Assembly: GCA_007695015.1 (NCBI GenBank)
Contig: REEN01000055.1
Span: 13,788 to 77,787 of the forward strand
Origin: Marinilabiliales bacterium
Lineage (GTDB): Bacteria; Bacteroidota; Bacteroidia; Bacteroidales; PUMT01
Length of the DNA: 64,000 nucleotides
Direction of reading: 5' to 3'
In this document: positions 1 to 10,274 of the stretch, one piece after another
Layout: every line of letters starts with the position of its first letter
Position numbering within the stretch: the first letter of the stretch is position 1
Notes under the pieces: model-generated
Databases searched by the model: none
The model's input: only the letters and a program-made list of their open reading frames with translations
Told to the model about the DNA's origin: nothing
Made by a program: the position numbers and the translations under genes

Positions 1-1437
1 CAACCTGAATTCATTTGCAGCCTCCTCGTCGCCTTCGGCCATAAACCGTTCATACCTGGCCTCCATTGCCTTGATTGCCGACCTGGCGTGGCCGGGAAGG
101 TTTACTTCCGGGATAACCCGTATATGTCTCTCATTCGCATATTTCAGTATTTCGACATACTCGTCATGCGTGTAATAACCGCTGCCCCAGGTGTCTTCAG
201 CATAGGGGAAGGGGCCCGAACCGTAGGCGGGATGAAGCGCAGGGGCATCTTTTGTGGTATGGCCCCTTTGTCCGCCAACCTCAGTCAGCTCAGGTAATGC
301 CTTTATCTCTATCCTCCATCCTTCGTCTTCGGTAAGGTGCAGGTGAAGGGTATTTAACTTGTAATAAGCCATCAGGTCAATGGCTTTCAGTATCTGTTCC
401 TTCTCCTGAAAGTTGCGGGCCACGTCTATGTGGATTCCCCTGTAGCCGAACCGGGGTGCATCCTCTATTGTCTGCACCTCCATCCTCACGACATCGGCGG
501 TTCCAAGGAAGGCATTGACCGGCAGCAGTGCCGTAAGCGTCTGAATTCCGTAGAACACCCCTGCATTGTCGGTGCCGGTTATAACTATGTTCCTGTTGTT
601 CCTTATTTCGAGACGGTAAGCTTCGCTATCCTTGCCGCTGACCCTGAAACCGGCCTTTCTGAGGAGAATGCTGTTTGCTCTCTCTTCGGTGCTCTGTTCA
701 GGGTAGAAAGGCATCCCGGTAAGCCTTGAAAGCAGTCCGGCCAGGTATCCGGCCTCATTTTCCAGCCCTTCCTGGTAGAATATATTGACAGGCTCGTTGA
801 AGGTCACAAACTCACCTGTGCCCTGAATCCTCACAGGTGTAGGTATCACGTTTTTGAGGGCAACGGCATCCAGCAGGTCCATTTTCTTGTTTTCCTCGTA
901 TCTCAACTCAGGAGTGGGGATAGGAGTAAGATCATTCCTGTGCCTTGATATCTGTTCTTCCCTTTCAAAAGGTTTTACAGTGTACTTGCCGACTGTTATA
1001 ATATCGATCTCATTTCCCTGATCATCGTAAAAAACAAAGTACATGCCCATCGGTGCATCTATCTCTTTTATCCACCATGCGCTTGCCTCGTATCTGATGG
1101 TAACCTCCTGTCCTCTCCGGAGGCTGAATCCCTCTTTTGGCACTATTCTGAACCAGTCGCCGTTTATCCATTCAACCTCTGTAAATGATTCCGGGTTTGT
1201 GGAGATTATCCTTCTGGGCGGCTGGCTGTAATAGAGGGCCCAGTTATAATCCCTGAACCGGAACCCGGAGTTGTTGCTGATGGTGAACTCTGCCTTTGTC
1301 CTGGGCTGGTCACTGTGGGTATTGCTTATAAGCTCCCAGGTGATCTCTATCTGGTCGGGCTCGGGAATCTGCGGAGCACAGTTTGTTAGCATCATCATAA
1401 TAAATACTGATGCTAAAAGTAATCCTGTTCTTTCCAT
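1..1437 (-). CDS. beta-N-acetylhexosaminidase (GH20 family), first 479 codons; 3' end lies beyond the left window edge
   Basis: Absent from the ORF track because there is no stop in the window. Hand translation from the ATG (complement of 1435-1437) gives a lipoprotein-type signal MERTGLLLASVFIMMMLTNC. GH20 hallmarks follow: IEDAPRFGYRGIHIDVARNF, LNTLHLHLTEDEGWRIEI, RVIPEVNLPGHARSAI. The frame stays open to base 1. Confidence 0.85.
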   Translation of the reverse strand, partial: MERTGLLLASVFIMMMLTNCAPQIPEPDQIEITWELISNTHSDQPRTKAEFTISNNSGFRFRDYNWALYYSQPPRRIISTNPESFTEVEWINGDWFRIVPKEGFSLRRGQEVTIRYEASAWWIKEIDAPMGMYFVFYDDQGNEIDIITVGKYTVKPFEREEQISRHRNDLTPIPTPELRYEENKKMDLLDAVALKNVIPTPVRIQGTGEFVTFNEPVNIFYQEGLENEAGYLAGLLSRLTGMPFYPEQSTEERANSILLRKAGFRVSGKDSEAYRLEIRNNRNIVITGTDNAGVFYGIQTLTALLPVNAFLGTADVVRMEVQTIEDAPRFGYRGIHIDVARNFQEKEQILKAIDLMAYYKLNTLHLHLTEDEGWRIEIKALPELTEVGGQRGHTTKDAPALHPAYGSGPFPYAEDTWGSGYYTHDEYVEILKYANERHIRVIPEVNLPGHARSAIKAMEARYERFMAEGDEEAANEFRL

Positions 1438-1510
1438 AATTTATATTTTTGGGTTATGTAGTTTTTCGCAAGTTAAATTAATTCTGGGTTTCTAACAATA
1501 CCGTATTGTA

Positions 1511-2626
1511 ATGACATCCGTTTCAAAAAAAGCTGCCCCGGGAAGACTTGTGTCACTTGATGCCTTTCGCGGATTTACCATTGCAGCAATGATAATGGTT
1601 AATTACCCGGGCAGATGGCATCATGTGTTTGCCCCCCTGCTCCATGAGGATTGGCATGGTATTACCCCGACCGATCTCATATACCCTTTCTTTATTTTCA
1701 TAGTCGGAGTTTCAATAGTGCTTGCCTACAACAAAAGGCTTGCAGACGGGCATCCCAGGAAGGATATGTATAAAAAGATTGTTTCACGCAGTATCAAAAT
1801 ATTTACAGTAGGTATTTTCCTGGCCCTGTTCCCGATGTTTGATTTTGCAAACCTCAGGGTTGCCGGTGTATTGCAGAGGATCGCACTGGTGTTTGCCGCA
1901 TGTGCTGTTTTATATCTTAATGCAGGCTGGAAAAAACAGGCATGGACCGGGGCTGTGATACTTATAGCTTACTGGCTGGCAATGACACTTATACCCACAC
2001 CCGGCATGGGTAAGCCGATGCTTGAACCAGGTGTTAATCTTGCAGCCTGGATTGACCAGCAGCTGTTACCGGGGAGGATGTGGCAGGGGGACTGGGATCC
2101 CGAGGGTATCCTTAGCACGTTTCCGGCTATCGTTACCGGCATAACCGGTATGCTTGCAGGCAAACTGATAGTGAGCGGCATGAGTCGCGAGCGAATTGTA
2201 ATATGGCTCTTTACGATAGGGTTCCTTTCTGCAGTGCTTGGTGAGGCATGGGGCTGGGGGTTCCCCATAAACAAGAATATCTGGACAAGCTCCTATGTTT
2301 TGTATACAAGCGGACTGGCTGCAATGACCCTGGCAACCGCAATGTTCCTGATTGATATCCTTGGTTACCGGCGGGGTACGAAATTCGGCATTATTTACGG
2401 TGCCAACGCCATTACTGCTTATGTGCTTGCAGGGGTTCTCAGCGGACTGTTTTACAGTATACAATACTGGGGGGGCAAGTCGCTCAACCATCATTTTGTT
2501 GACAGCCTGTGGGAGGCGGGACTTGACCCCAGGGTCGCAAGCCTGATGTATGCGCTGATGTATGTCTTTGTGATCTTTATCCCTGTATACTACCTCTACC
2601 GGAAGAAAATATTTATCAAATTATAA
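1511..2626 (+). CDS. DUF1624/DUF5009-type membrane acyltransferase (heparan-alpha-glucosaminide N-acetyltransferase-like)
   Basis: 371 aa polytopic membrane protein. The N-terminal motif RLVSLDAFRGFTIAAMIMVN is typical of this family. It is divergent from the GH20 gene. Confidence 0.7.
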   Translation: MTSVSKKAAPGRLVSLDAFRGFTIAAMIMVNYPGRWHHVFAPLLHEDWHGITPTDLIYPFFIFIVGVSIVLAYNKRLADGHPRKDMYKKIVSRSIKIFTVGIFLALFPMFDFANLRVAGVLQRIALVFAACAVLYLNAGWKKQAWTGAVILIAYWLAMTLIPTPGMGKPMLEPGVNLAAWIDQQLLPGRMWQGDWDPEGILSTFPAIVTGITGMLAGKLIVSGMSRERIVIWLFTIGFLSAVLGEAWGWGFPINKNIWTSSYVLYTSGLAAMTLATAMFLIDILGYRRGTKFGIIYGANAITAYVLAGVLSGLFYSIQYWGGKSLNHHFVDSLWEAGLDPRVASLMYALMYVFVIFIPVYYLYRKKIFIKL

Positions 2627-2733
2627 ATACTTAACCATATTAATTATTTTGAAGAGATTAGCGTGGCTATAATAATACTTGCTTAAATGTTGTTAGTATA
2701 TAGTTTTCTGAATGTTTTATCAATAATCTTATT

Positions 2734-3351
2734 ATGTCTTTAACTATTGGGATTAAAAACACAGCAATTATTATCGTGGTAATTATATTCCAGTTTATAC
2801 AGCCTTTGTCGGGACAGGCTGTCCTGCCAGGGATACTGGAGACGGGAACATTGCCGGAACAGCTCGACTACATTGAGGACAGGACAAGGATTTACAATGA
2901 TTTCAGGGCGATCCGCGAAGATATGTTTCAGGCAATTAAAAGGAATTCAATTGATTCACTTGAAGGTCTGAAAGGGGAGATTGAGGAGCTTACTTCAGAT
3001 CTGGTAGACAGAATTGAGAATATCGATTCACTGACGGTTCTTCTTGCCAATACCAGGGAAGAATTGAGCCTGGCTGTCCGTAACAGAGACAGCATTGCAT
3101 TTCTTGGGATACCTATGAGCAAAACAACCTATAACCTGATTGTATGGTTTATAATAGCCGGTCTCTTAGCACTTCTGGTTTTAGGATCACTTGCTTTTTT
3201 CAGGAACAGGGTTGTAACATTAAGAGTCCAGGAAGATCTGGAGGAGTTAAAAGAGGAATTTGATAGTTACCGGAATAGCTCCAGAGAACAACGTGAAAAG
3301 CTCGTATTGGATCATTTTAATGAAATTAAAAGGCTGAAAGCAGGCCGGTAG
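2734..3351 (+). CDS. hypothetical membrane protein with coiled-coil segments
   Basis: 205 aa. Hydrophobic N-terminus (IIIVVIIFQFIQPL) and a second TM segment (LIVWFIIAGLLALLVLGSLAFF), flanked by charged heptad-like stretches. No family recognised. Confidence 0.5.
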   Translation: MSLTIGIKNTAIIIVVIIFQFIQPLSGQAVLPGILETGTLPEQLDYIEDRTRIYNDFRAIREDMFQAIKRNSIDSLEGLKGEIEELTSDLVDRIENIDSLTVLLANTREELSLAVRNRDSIAFLGIPMSKTTYNLIVWFIIAGLLALLVLGSLAFFRNRVVTLRVQEDLEELKEEFDSYRNSSREQREKLVLDHFNEIKRLKAGR

Positions 3352-3413
3352 ATCAATACTTCCGAATCAAAAAAGCACCCACAAATTGACTTTGTAAGTG
3401 CCTGATTTTCTTG

Positions 3414-3487
3414 TAGCGAGAGGGAGACTTGAACTCCCGACCTCATGATTATGAATCATGCGCTCTAACCACCTGAGCTACCTCGCC
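3414..3487 (-). tRNA. tRNA with anticodon CAT (elongator tRNA-Met, or tRNA-Ile2 if C34 is lysidinylated)
   Basis: Cloverleaf read on the minus strand. Acceptor GGCGAGG/TCTCGCT with G1:U72 and G7:U66 wobbles. D arm GCTC-AGGTGGTTA-GAGC. Anticodon arm CATGA-TTCATAA-TCATG. Variable loop AGGTC. T arm GGGAG-TTCAAGT-CTCCC. Discriminator A, CCA not encoded. The anticodon stem lacks the three G-C pairs of initiator tRNA. Confidence 0.85.
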
Positions 3488-3682
3488 GGTTTATTTGTTC
3501 AAACTGTCCTTGTACACTAAATGATAATATCCCAGGTTATATTATGGGCCCTCATTCAGAGGCTGCAAATATAATAACTTTTTGGATTTTTTATATTGTA
3601 TAATTTTTCTATATTGCAATATGTCCGGATGACAAATATATAGTCCGCGACAGGTACTTCGATATGGTTAATACATTGACTG

Positions 3683-4060
3683 ATGAAGCATAAATTCAAT
3701 CTGGAATATACCATTAACTCTTCACCAAACGTGCTTTACAAGCAACTCAGCACGCCGTCGGGCCTCTCCGAATGGTTTGCAGATGACGTAAACCTTAAGG
3801 GGAATACATTTACATTCATTTGGGATGGGGCTGAAGAGCGGGCTGAAATGATATCGCAGAAGGAAAACAAGTATATCCGGTTCCGGTGGCTCGAATCGGA
3901 TGATCAGGATGCCTATTTCGAATTCAAAATACATCAGCATGAGCTGACCGGGGATGTTGCCCTGGAAATTACTGATTTTGCCGACGCGGAAGATGCTGAT
4001 GATGCTCGGGGCCTGTGGGATACACAGATATCCCGGCTTAAGCATACCATGGGACTGTAA
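3683..4060 (+). CDS. START-like / AHSA1-type (SRPBCC superfamily) small protein
   Basis: 125 aa. The pattern LSTPSGLSEWFADDVNLKGNTFTFIWDG...YIRFRW resembles the small START-like proteins common in Bacteroidota. Confidence 0.6.
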   Translation: MKHKFNLEYTINSSPNVLYKQLSTPSGLSEWFADDVNLKGNTFTFIWDGAEERAEMISQKENKYIRFRWLESDDQDAYFEFKIHQHELTGDVALEITDFADAEDADDARGLWDTQISRLKHTMGL

Positions 4061-4112
4061 TGTTTGCCGGCAGGGTTCCTTAAAAAAAGTTTATTTTTAC
4101 ATGTTTTAGCAT

Positions 4113-4143
4113 AAAAAAACGGAAAGATCGTTTTATTTCCGTT
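4113..4143 (-). terminator. terminator-like hairpin whose U-run follows the stem only on the minus-strand transcript
   Basis: 8-bp stem AACGGAAA (4118-4125) / TTTCCGTT (4136-4143) with a 10-nt loop. An A7 run at 4113-4119 on the + strand reads as a T-run after the stem on the minus strand. On the + strand the stem is followed by ATGCCTG, which is not U-rich. Confidence 0.35.
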
Positions 4144-4173
4144 ATGCCTGTTTGTGGTAAACCAGGATGCCCC

Positions 4174-5670
4174 ATGAAGAAACTGCATCTTTTTATATTG
4201 AAAATGTATATAGGGCCATTGATAGCCACTTTTTTCGTGGTTGTCTTTATTTTGCTCATGCAGTTCCTGTGGAAATATATTGACGATCTTATCGGGAAAG
4301 GCCTGGAATTTGAAGTGATTACTGAACTTCTTTTCTATACTTCCGCAGGCCTGGTGCCACTGGCACTTCCCCTGGCAATACTGCTGTCATCGCTTATGAC
4401 CTTCGGAAACCTTGGGGAGAATTTTGAGCTGACAGCCCTCAAGTCGGCCGGCATATCACTTCAGAGGATAATGAGCCCGCTTATAATACTTACCATATTA
4501 ATGAGCATAGGGGCTTTCTATTTCTCCAACAACGTCTTGCCTTATACTAATTTGAGGTTCAGGTCATTGCTGTACGATGTGCAGCAACAGAGGCCCGAGA
4601 TGCAGATTCGTGAAGGTATATTTTACAACGGTATAGATAATTACAGCATCAAGGTCGGCTCGAAAAACCATCGCACCAGTATGATGTACGACCTTAAGAT
4701 ATATGACCACTCTGACCGCCGGGGCAACCTGAAAGTTACAGTTGCTGATTCAGGTTTAATGAGGATCACTGAAGATAAGGGGCACCTTCTAACCACTCTG
4801 TACAGCGGGTATAATTATGAAGAGATGGAGGACCGGGCCCGCAGAAGGGGCGACAGGACGTTTCCACACAGGAACGACCGGTTCACTGAGCAGGTGCTTA
4901 TCATTGAACTGTCAGGGTTTGACCTGCAGAGAACCGATGAGGAACATTTCAGGCACAACTCACAGATGATGAACCTGGATCAGTTGGTGATGACCAGCGA
5001 CTCTCTCAACCAGGAGCTTACAAGACAAGTGGTAGAGCACACCGATAATATGATAAGTTCAGCATATTTCAAGAGGGAGGCATACCGCAGCGAAATAGCA
5101 GATACAATTGTCAGGCCTGAACGTAAACTGCATGACATAGTTAAAATGGAACAGGCCCTTACCCTTGACCAGAGAAGAAGGGCCTGGGACCAGGCGCTTG
5201 TCGATGCAAAACTGGCGAGGAACCAGATATTATCGACCAAAACCAACTTTGACTGGAGAAACAAAACGATACGCAGGTATGAAATGGAATGGCACAGGAA
5301 ATTCACACTGTCGTTTGCCTGTTTCATCTTCTTTTTCATCGGCGCACCATTGGGTGCGATTATCAGGAAGGGCGGACTTGGAATGCCTGTAGTGGTATCG
5401 GTGCTTTTTTTCGTTTTGTATTATGTAATTGATATATCTGCCCAGAAATTTGTCCGGGAACTCGTAATTCCGGCATTTCCCGGGATGTGGATATCCAGCT
5501 TCATACTTTTGCCTCTCGGAATATTTCTAACCTATAAAGCAACCACTGATTCAGCAATTATGAGTACTGAAACTTATTATCTGATATATAAGAAAGTTGC
5601 CGGCTATATAAGGAATATTACAAGCCGGAATATAACCCGGCAAAAAGAGACGGTTTATTCCCGGGGATAA
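4174..5670 (+). CDS. LptF/LptG-family (YjgP/YjgQ) LPS export permease, long form
   Basis: The N-terminus MKKLHLFILKMYIGPLIATFFVVVFILLMQFLW is typical of the family. There is a TM cluster at both ends. I prefer the ATG at 4174 to the track start at 4144. Confidence 0.8.
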   Translation: MKKLHLFILKMYIGPLIATFFVVVFILLMQFLWKYIDDLIGKGLEFEVITELLFYTSAGLVPLALPLAILLSSLMTFGNLGENFELTALKSAGISLQRIMSPLIILTILMSIGAFYFSNNVLPYTNLRFRSLLYDVQQQRPEMQIREGIFYNGIDNYSIKVGSKNHRTSMMYDLKIYDHSDRRGNLKVTVADSGLMRITEDKGHLLTTLYSGYNYEEMEDRARRRGDRTFPHRNDRFTEQVLIIELSGFDLQRTDEEHFRHNSQMMNLDQLVMTSDSLNQELTRQVVEHTDNMISSAYFKREAYRSEIADTIVRPERKLHDIVKMEQALTLDQRRRAWDQALVDAKLARNQILSTKTNFDWRNKTIRRYEMEWHRKFTLSFACFIFFFIGAPLGAIIRKGGLGMPVVVSVLFFVLYYVIDISAQKFVRELVIPAFPGMWISSFILLPLGIFLTYKATTDSAIMSTETYYLIYKKVAGYIRNITSRNITRQKETVYSRG

Positions 5671-5681
5671 GATATTTACAT

Positions 5682-6890
5682 ATGAACATTCTGCTGTTAT
5701 GTAACAAACTACCATGGCCTCCCAATGACGGAGGCTCTCTTGCAACTTACAACATGGCCAAAGGCCTGGCCGGGGCAGGGAACAGGGTAGATGTTCTCGC
5801 TATGAGAACAAGCCGGCACTCGTCACACACCGATGTTTCAGATATAACAATTCCTGGCGTTGACAGGGTGTATTCCGTTTTTGTCGATAACAGAATCAAG
5901 TGGAACAATTTGCTCATCAACCTTTTTAATTCTTCACTTCCGTATAATGCTTCCATGTATATAAATGAGGAGTTCAGGGAAAGACTTGTATCTCTGCTCA
6001 GGGAACGCAATTACGATGTGGTGCAGCTTGAGGGGCTCTATCTTGCACCATATTTACGTGATATCAGGGAGTTTCCCGGGCTGATCATGTCTTACAGGGC
6101 CCATAATATTGAGCATAGGATATGGGAAAGATTTGGACGGCAGTCTGGCGGAATTATCAGGAGATTTTATGTCGGCTGCCAGGCTGAAAGAATTAGGAAC
6201 TATGAACAGGATATTATTGATAAATATGATCTCCTGGTTGCAATATCATCTGATGACCTGGAAATCTTTGATAGTATGGGTAACAGCAGGCCCTCTGTCG
6301 TTGCTCCGTTCGGAGTTGATAATGATGCAATTCAGTGTGTTGAATATGGGGGAGCAGATGAGCTTTGCCTGCAGTTTATAGGGGCACTTGACTGGATGCC
6401 AAATGTCGAGGCCCTGGAATGGTTCATTGATAATGTCTGGGAAAGTCTCAGGTTTAGAAGACCCGGATTAAAATTCTATGTTGCAGGCAGGAATGCCGGC
6501 AAAAGCCTTGTGAAAAAACTGACAGCCTGTGGAATAGATTTTCTGGGGGAAGTTGAAAATGCTTCAGGGTTTATTTCACAACCGGGAATTCTTGTTGTAC
6601 CTTTGTTTAGCGGAAGCGGTATCAGGGTTCGGATTATAGAGGCTATGTGGGCAGGCAAAGCGGTAGTGGCCTCACCTGCTGCGATTTCAGGTATACCTGC
6701 AGACGATGGCAAACACCTGATTGTTGCAGAAGACGGAAAGGCTTTCACTGAATCCGTTGAGAGACTGCTTGACGGAGTTGGCAAGGCACGGGTGATAGGT
6801 AACCATGCAAGGGAGTTCGCTCTGAAATACTATAATAACGGCGATATTGCAAGGAAGGTAGCGGACTTCTACAAAAAGCACATTGGATGA
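5682..6890 (+). CDS. glycosyltransferase family 4 (GT-B, retaining type)
   Basis: 402 aa. MNILLLCNKLPWPPNDGGSLATYNMAKGLAGAGNRV at the N-terminus. C-terminal sugar-donor motif GSGIRVRIIEAMWAGKAVVAS (EX7E-like). Confidence 0.8.
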   Translation: MNILLLCNKLPWPPNDGGSLATYNMAKGLAGAGNRVDVLAMRTSRHSSHTDVSDITIPGVDRVYSVFVDNRIKWNNLLINLFNSSLPYNASMYINEEFRERLVSLLRERNYDVVQLEGLYLAPYLRDIREFPGLIMSYRAHNIEHRIWERFGRQSGGIIRRFYVGCQAERIRNYEQDIIDKYDLLVAISSDDLEIFDSMGNSRPSVVAPFGVDNDAIQCVEYGGADELCLQFIGALDWMPNVEALEWFIDNVWESLRFRRPGLKFYVAGRNAGKSLVKKLTACGIDFLGEVENASGFISQPGILVVPLFSGSGIRVRIIEAMWAGKAVVASPAAISGIPADDGKHLIVAEDGKAFTESVERLLDGVGKARVIGNHAREFALKYYNNGDIARKVADFYKKHIG

Positions 6891-8056
6891 TAGCTCTGTT
6901 TATATTTCTGATTTCAGTTACTGCACTTGTGCACTCCTATATATTGTATCCTGCAATTATTGCATTGTTAGCTTCACGCAGAAAGGCAAACTACAAGCTG
7001 TATGATGATCCCGTAGAAATACCCCCCGTTTCCGTGCTGATGGCTGTTCACAATGAACAGGATGTTATAGAGGAGAAGATAAGAAGTATTGCAGATTGCC
7101 ACCTGCAGGGGGGACAACTTGAGATTATGGTGGGCTCGGATGCATCAACTGACCGTACCAATGAGATACTTGAAAAGCTTACATCAGAGTTTGATTTCCT
7201 GAAAAAAATTGCATTTTCCTCACGTCGCGGTAAATCGGCAATAATCAATGACCTGGTGAGGAAAGCAGAACATGACATTATTATTATTACCGATGCCAAT
7301 GTGTTTTTCGACCGAAATACCATTTTCAGGCTCCTGCGCCATTTCCGCAACCCGGAAATCGGCCTGGTGGACTCTCATATGCTTCACAGGGGGCTGAAGA
7401 AGTGTGGGATATCTATTCAGGAGAACTCCTATATTGCAAGGGAGGTTAAGATAAAATACCATGAGAGCCTGGCCTGGGGTACGATGATGGGGCCTTTCGG
7501 CGGATGTTATGCGCTCAGGAAGCATCTCTACAGGGATGTGCCCGGGTCTTTTCTGGTTGACGACTTCTTTATCTGCATGAATGTGATCTCCTCAGGCAGT
7601 AAAGCAATTCTCGAACCGGAAGCTCTTGTTTACGAGGATGTATCCAACCGGCTGGGTGAGGAGTTCAGGCGAAAAGTCAGGATTGCCGCCGGCAACTTTC
7701 AGAATCTGGTTTATTTTTTCCCTCTTCTGGGCTCGGGTATCAGGGGTTTGTCATTTAGTTTTTTATCTCATAAGGTCCTGCGGTGGCTGGGTCCACTTTT
7801 TCTGGCAGCAATTTTTAGCACAAGTTTTTTTCTTTCATCTGTACATCAGGTCTTTTGGTATATTTTCCTGTTGCAGATATTATTATTGACAATACCAATA
7901 ATTGATTACTTATTGGGGAAAATCAAAACGCATATTGTAATTTTGCGGTTTATTACCCACTTTATTAGCATGAATCTGGCTCTTTTGCTCGGGTTCCTGA
8001 AATTTCTGAAAGGAGTAAAAACAAATGTCTGGCAACCAACAAGGAGAAATCAATAG
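6887..8056 (+). CDS. glycosyltransferase family 2 with C-terminal transmembrane region
   Basis: 389 aa. [29 protein letters not shown] and ITDANV are GT-A/DXD-type motifs. The tail is hydrophobic. 4-bp ATGA overlap with the upstream GT4 gene. Confidence 0.8.
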   Translation: MIALFIFLISVTALVHSYILYPAIIALLASRRKANYKLYDDPVEIPPVSVLMAVHNEQDVIEEKIRSIADCHLQGGQLEIMVGSDASTDRTNEILEKLTSEFDFLKKIAFSSRRGKSAIINDLVRKAEHDIIIITDANVFFDRNTIFRLLRHFRNPEIGLVDSHMLHRGLKKCGISIQENSYIAREVKIKYHESLAWGTMMGPFGGCYALRKHLYRDVPGSFLVDDFFICMNVISSGSKAILEPEALVYEDVSNRLGEEFRRKVRIAAGNFQNLVYFFPLLGSGIRGLSFSFLSHKVLRWLGPLFLAAIFSTSFFLSSVHQVFWYIFLLQILLLTIPIIDYLLGKIKTHIVILRFITHFISMNLALLLGFLKFLKGVKTNVWQPTRRNQ

Positions 8057-9290
8057 AAGGCTTGATACGATTGAAGAAGCAATTGAAGATATCAGAAAGG
8101 GAAGAGTAATTATTGTTGTGGATGACGAAGACAGGGAAAACGAAGGCGATTTTGTGGCAGCCGCTGAACTTACCACCCCTGAAATCGTTAATTTCATGGC
8201 AACGCACGGCAAGGGACTGATTTGCGCCGCATTGCCGGAGAATAGGTGTGAAAAACTCGAGCTTGAACTGATGGTTGGAAGGAACACCTCACTTCACGAA
8301 ACTGCCTTTACTGTATCGGTCGACCTTGTCGGCAGAGGTTGTACCACCGGGATCTCGGCATCCGACCGGGCAAAGACCATAAATGCCCTTATTGATCCGG
8401 CGACCAGGCCTGAAGATCTTGCACGACCCGGACATGTTTTTCCCCTTAAGGCCAAGAATAAAGGAGTTTTAAGACGTTCAGGACATACAGAGGCAGCAGT
8501 TGACCTTTCCGTACTCGCGGGTCTGGAACCCGGAGGTGTCCTGGTGGAGATAATGAATCCAGATGGCACCATGGCACGTTTGCCGGAGCTGTTGAAAATA
8601 GCGGAAGAATTTGACCTGAAGATCATATCAATTGAGAAGCTGATAGCCTACAGGCTTAAGCATGAGAGTATTGTGGAGAGAGGGGTGGAGGTGAAGCTGC
8701 CATCCAGGCACGGAGATTTCCATCTTATACCCTTCAGGCAGAAGTCAGACGGCACTGAGCATGCTGCCATAATAAAGGGAAAGTGGAGAAAGGAAGATCC
8801 TGTTCTTGTAAGGGTTCACTCCTCATGCGTTACCGGTGATATATTCGGTTCTCTAAGGTGTGATTGCGGTAACCAGCTGCAGGAATCCCTCGAAATGATA
8901 GAAAAAGAAGGCAGGGGTGTAGTTGTATATCTCAACCAGGAGGGAAGGGGTATCGGACTGTTCAATAAAATAGCAGCCTACAAATTGCAGGAAGAAGGAC
9001 AGGACACGATCCAGGCAAATATTAGCCTGGGATTTAATGATGACGAAAGGGATTTTGGCGTCGGGGCCAATATTCTTCATGACATGGGAATCGGGAAGAT
9101 ACGGCTTATTGCAAACAATCCGTTTAAGAGAAAAGGTCTGGAAGGTTACGGTCTGGAAATAGTAGAAACTATACATCTGAAGACAAGGACAAACAAGCAT
9201 AATTACGACTATCTTGTCGCGAAAAGGGACAAGATGGGCCACCTTCTTGACCTTGTCAGGCCAGAAGAGGCCAAGGGCAATATTGACTGA
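8025..9290 (+). CDS. ribBA: bifunctional 3,4-dihydroxy-2-butanone-4-phosphate synthase / GTP cyclohydrolase II
   Basis: [16 protein letters not shown] is the DHBP synthase signature. [24 protein letters not shown] is the GCH-II zinc-site region. 421 aa. Confidence 0.95.
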   Translation: MSGNQQGEINRRLDTIEEAIEDIRKGRVIIVVDDEDRENEGDFVAAAELTTPEIVNFMATHGKGLICAALPENRCEKLELELMVGRNTSLHETAFTVSVDLVGRGCTTGISASDRAKTINALIDPATRPEDLARPGHVFPLKAKNKGVLRRSGHTEAAVDLSVLAGLEPGGVLVEIMNPDGTMARLPELLKIAEEFDLKIISIEKLIAYRLKHESIVERGVEVKLPSRHGDFHLIPFRQKSDGTEHAAIIKGKWRKEDPVLVRVHSSCVTGDIFGSLRCDCGNQLQESLEMIEKEGRGVVVYLNQEGRGIGLFNKIAAYKLQEEGQDTIQANISLGFNDDERDFGVGANILHDMGIGKIRLIANNPFKRKGLEGYGLEIVETIHLKTRTNKHNYDYLVAKRDKMGHLLDLVRPEEAKGNID

Positions 9291-9307
9291 TAAAAGTTCT
9301 CATCCCT

Positions 9308-10270
9308 ATGACCAATCAAAAGCCCGAAATAATTTTCCTGGGTACAGCAGGCTTTGCTGTACCCTCACTGGAGGCCCTGATTAATTTTGGATATCCTGTA
9401 AAGGCTGTTGTTACAGCACCGGACAGGCCGGCCGGAAGGGGATTGAAGATTAAAGAATCTGAAATAAAGAAAACGGCACTTTCTTTGAAATTGCCCGTTT
9501 TCCAGCCATCAAACCTTAATGACAGAGAGTTTGCTGAGAAACTTAGAGCTATCGGAGCGGATATATTTATTGTGGTCGCGTTCCGGAAGCTGCCTGAAAT
9601 CATCTGGAAAATCCCCCCAATGGGCACTGTTAACCTTCATGCGTCTCTTCTTCCATATTACCGTGGAGCGGCCCCTGTAAATCATGCGATCATTAATGGT
9701 GAGAAAGTTACAGGGGTAACTACATTTTTGATAGATAAGGATATCGATACAGGTAAGATTCTGTTGCAGGAGAAAACTGAGATCAGCGACAATGAGAATG
9801 CCGGTCAGCTTCATGACAGGTTAATGAAGATTGGAGCCGGACTGGTAATCAAAACTGTAGATGCCTTGATGGCAGGTACCGCAGATCCGGTTACACAGGA
9901 GAGGAACGCCCCTGGTAATGGATTCCCGGCTGCTCCTAAAATCTCGAGGGAATACTGCCGGATTGACTGGAATATGCCTGCTGGCAGAATATATAACTTT
10001 GTAAGGGGCCTGAGTCCATGGCCGGCGGCATGGACCACTCTTGTAACAGGAGGGAATCGAACAGGGGTTAAAATATTTGAGGTAGAAAAAGGTGAAGGCA
10101 GGATCAACCTTTCACCCGGTTCTGTGGTACAAGATGATGCGGAACTGATAATAGGGACCGGTGATGGCTTCGTCTCGGTGAAATCCCTGCAGCTAGAGGG
10201 CAGGAGAAGGATGGCTGCCGGTCAGTTCCTGCAGGGTTTCCGAATAACAGATGATGCAGTTTGTATATGA
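9308..10270 (+). CDS. fmt: methionyl-tRNA formyltransferase
   Basis: IIFLGTAGFAVPSL, VVTAPDRPAGRG and NLHASLLPYYRGAAPVNHAIINGE motifs. 320 aa. Confidence 0.95.
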   Translation: MTNQKPEIIFLGTAGFAVPSLEALINFGYPVKAVVTAPDRPAGRGLKIKESEIKKTALSLKLPVFQPSNLNDREFAEKLRAIGADIFIVVAFRKLPEIIWKIPPMGTVNLHASLLPYYRGAAPVNHAIINGEKVTGVTTFLIDKDIDTGKILLQEKTEISDNENAGQLHDRLMKIGAGLVIKTVDALMAGTADPVTQERNAPGNGFPAAPKISREYCRIDWNMPAGRIYNFVRGLSPWPAAWTTLVTGGNRTGVKIFEVEKGEGRINLSPGSVVQDDAELIIGTGDGFVSVKSLQLEGRRRMAAGQFLQGFRITDDAVCI

Positions 10271-10274
10271 TTAT

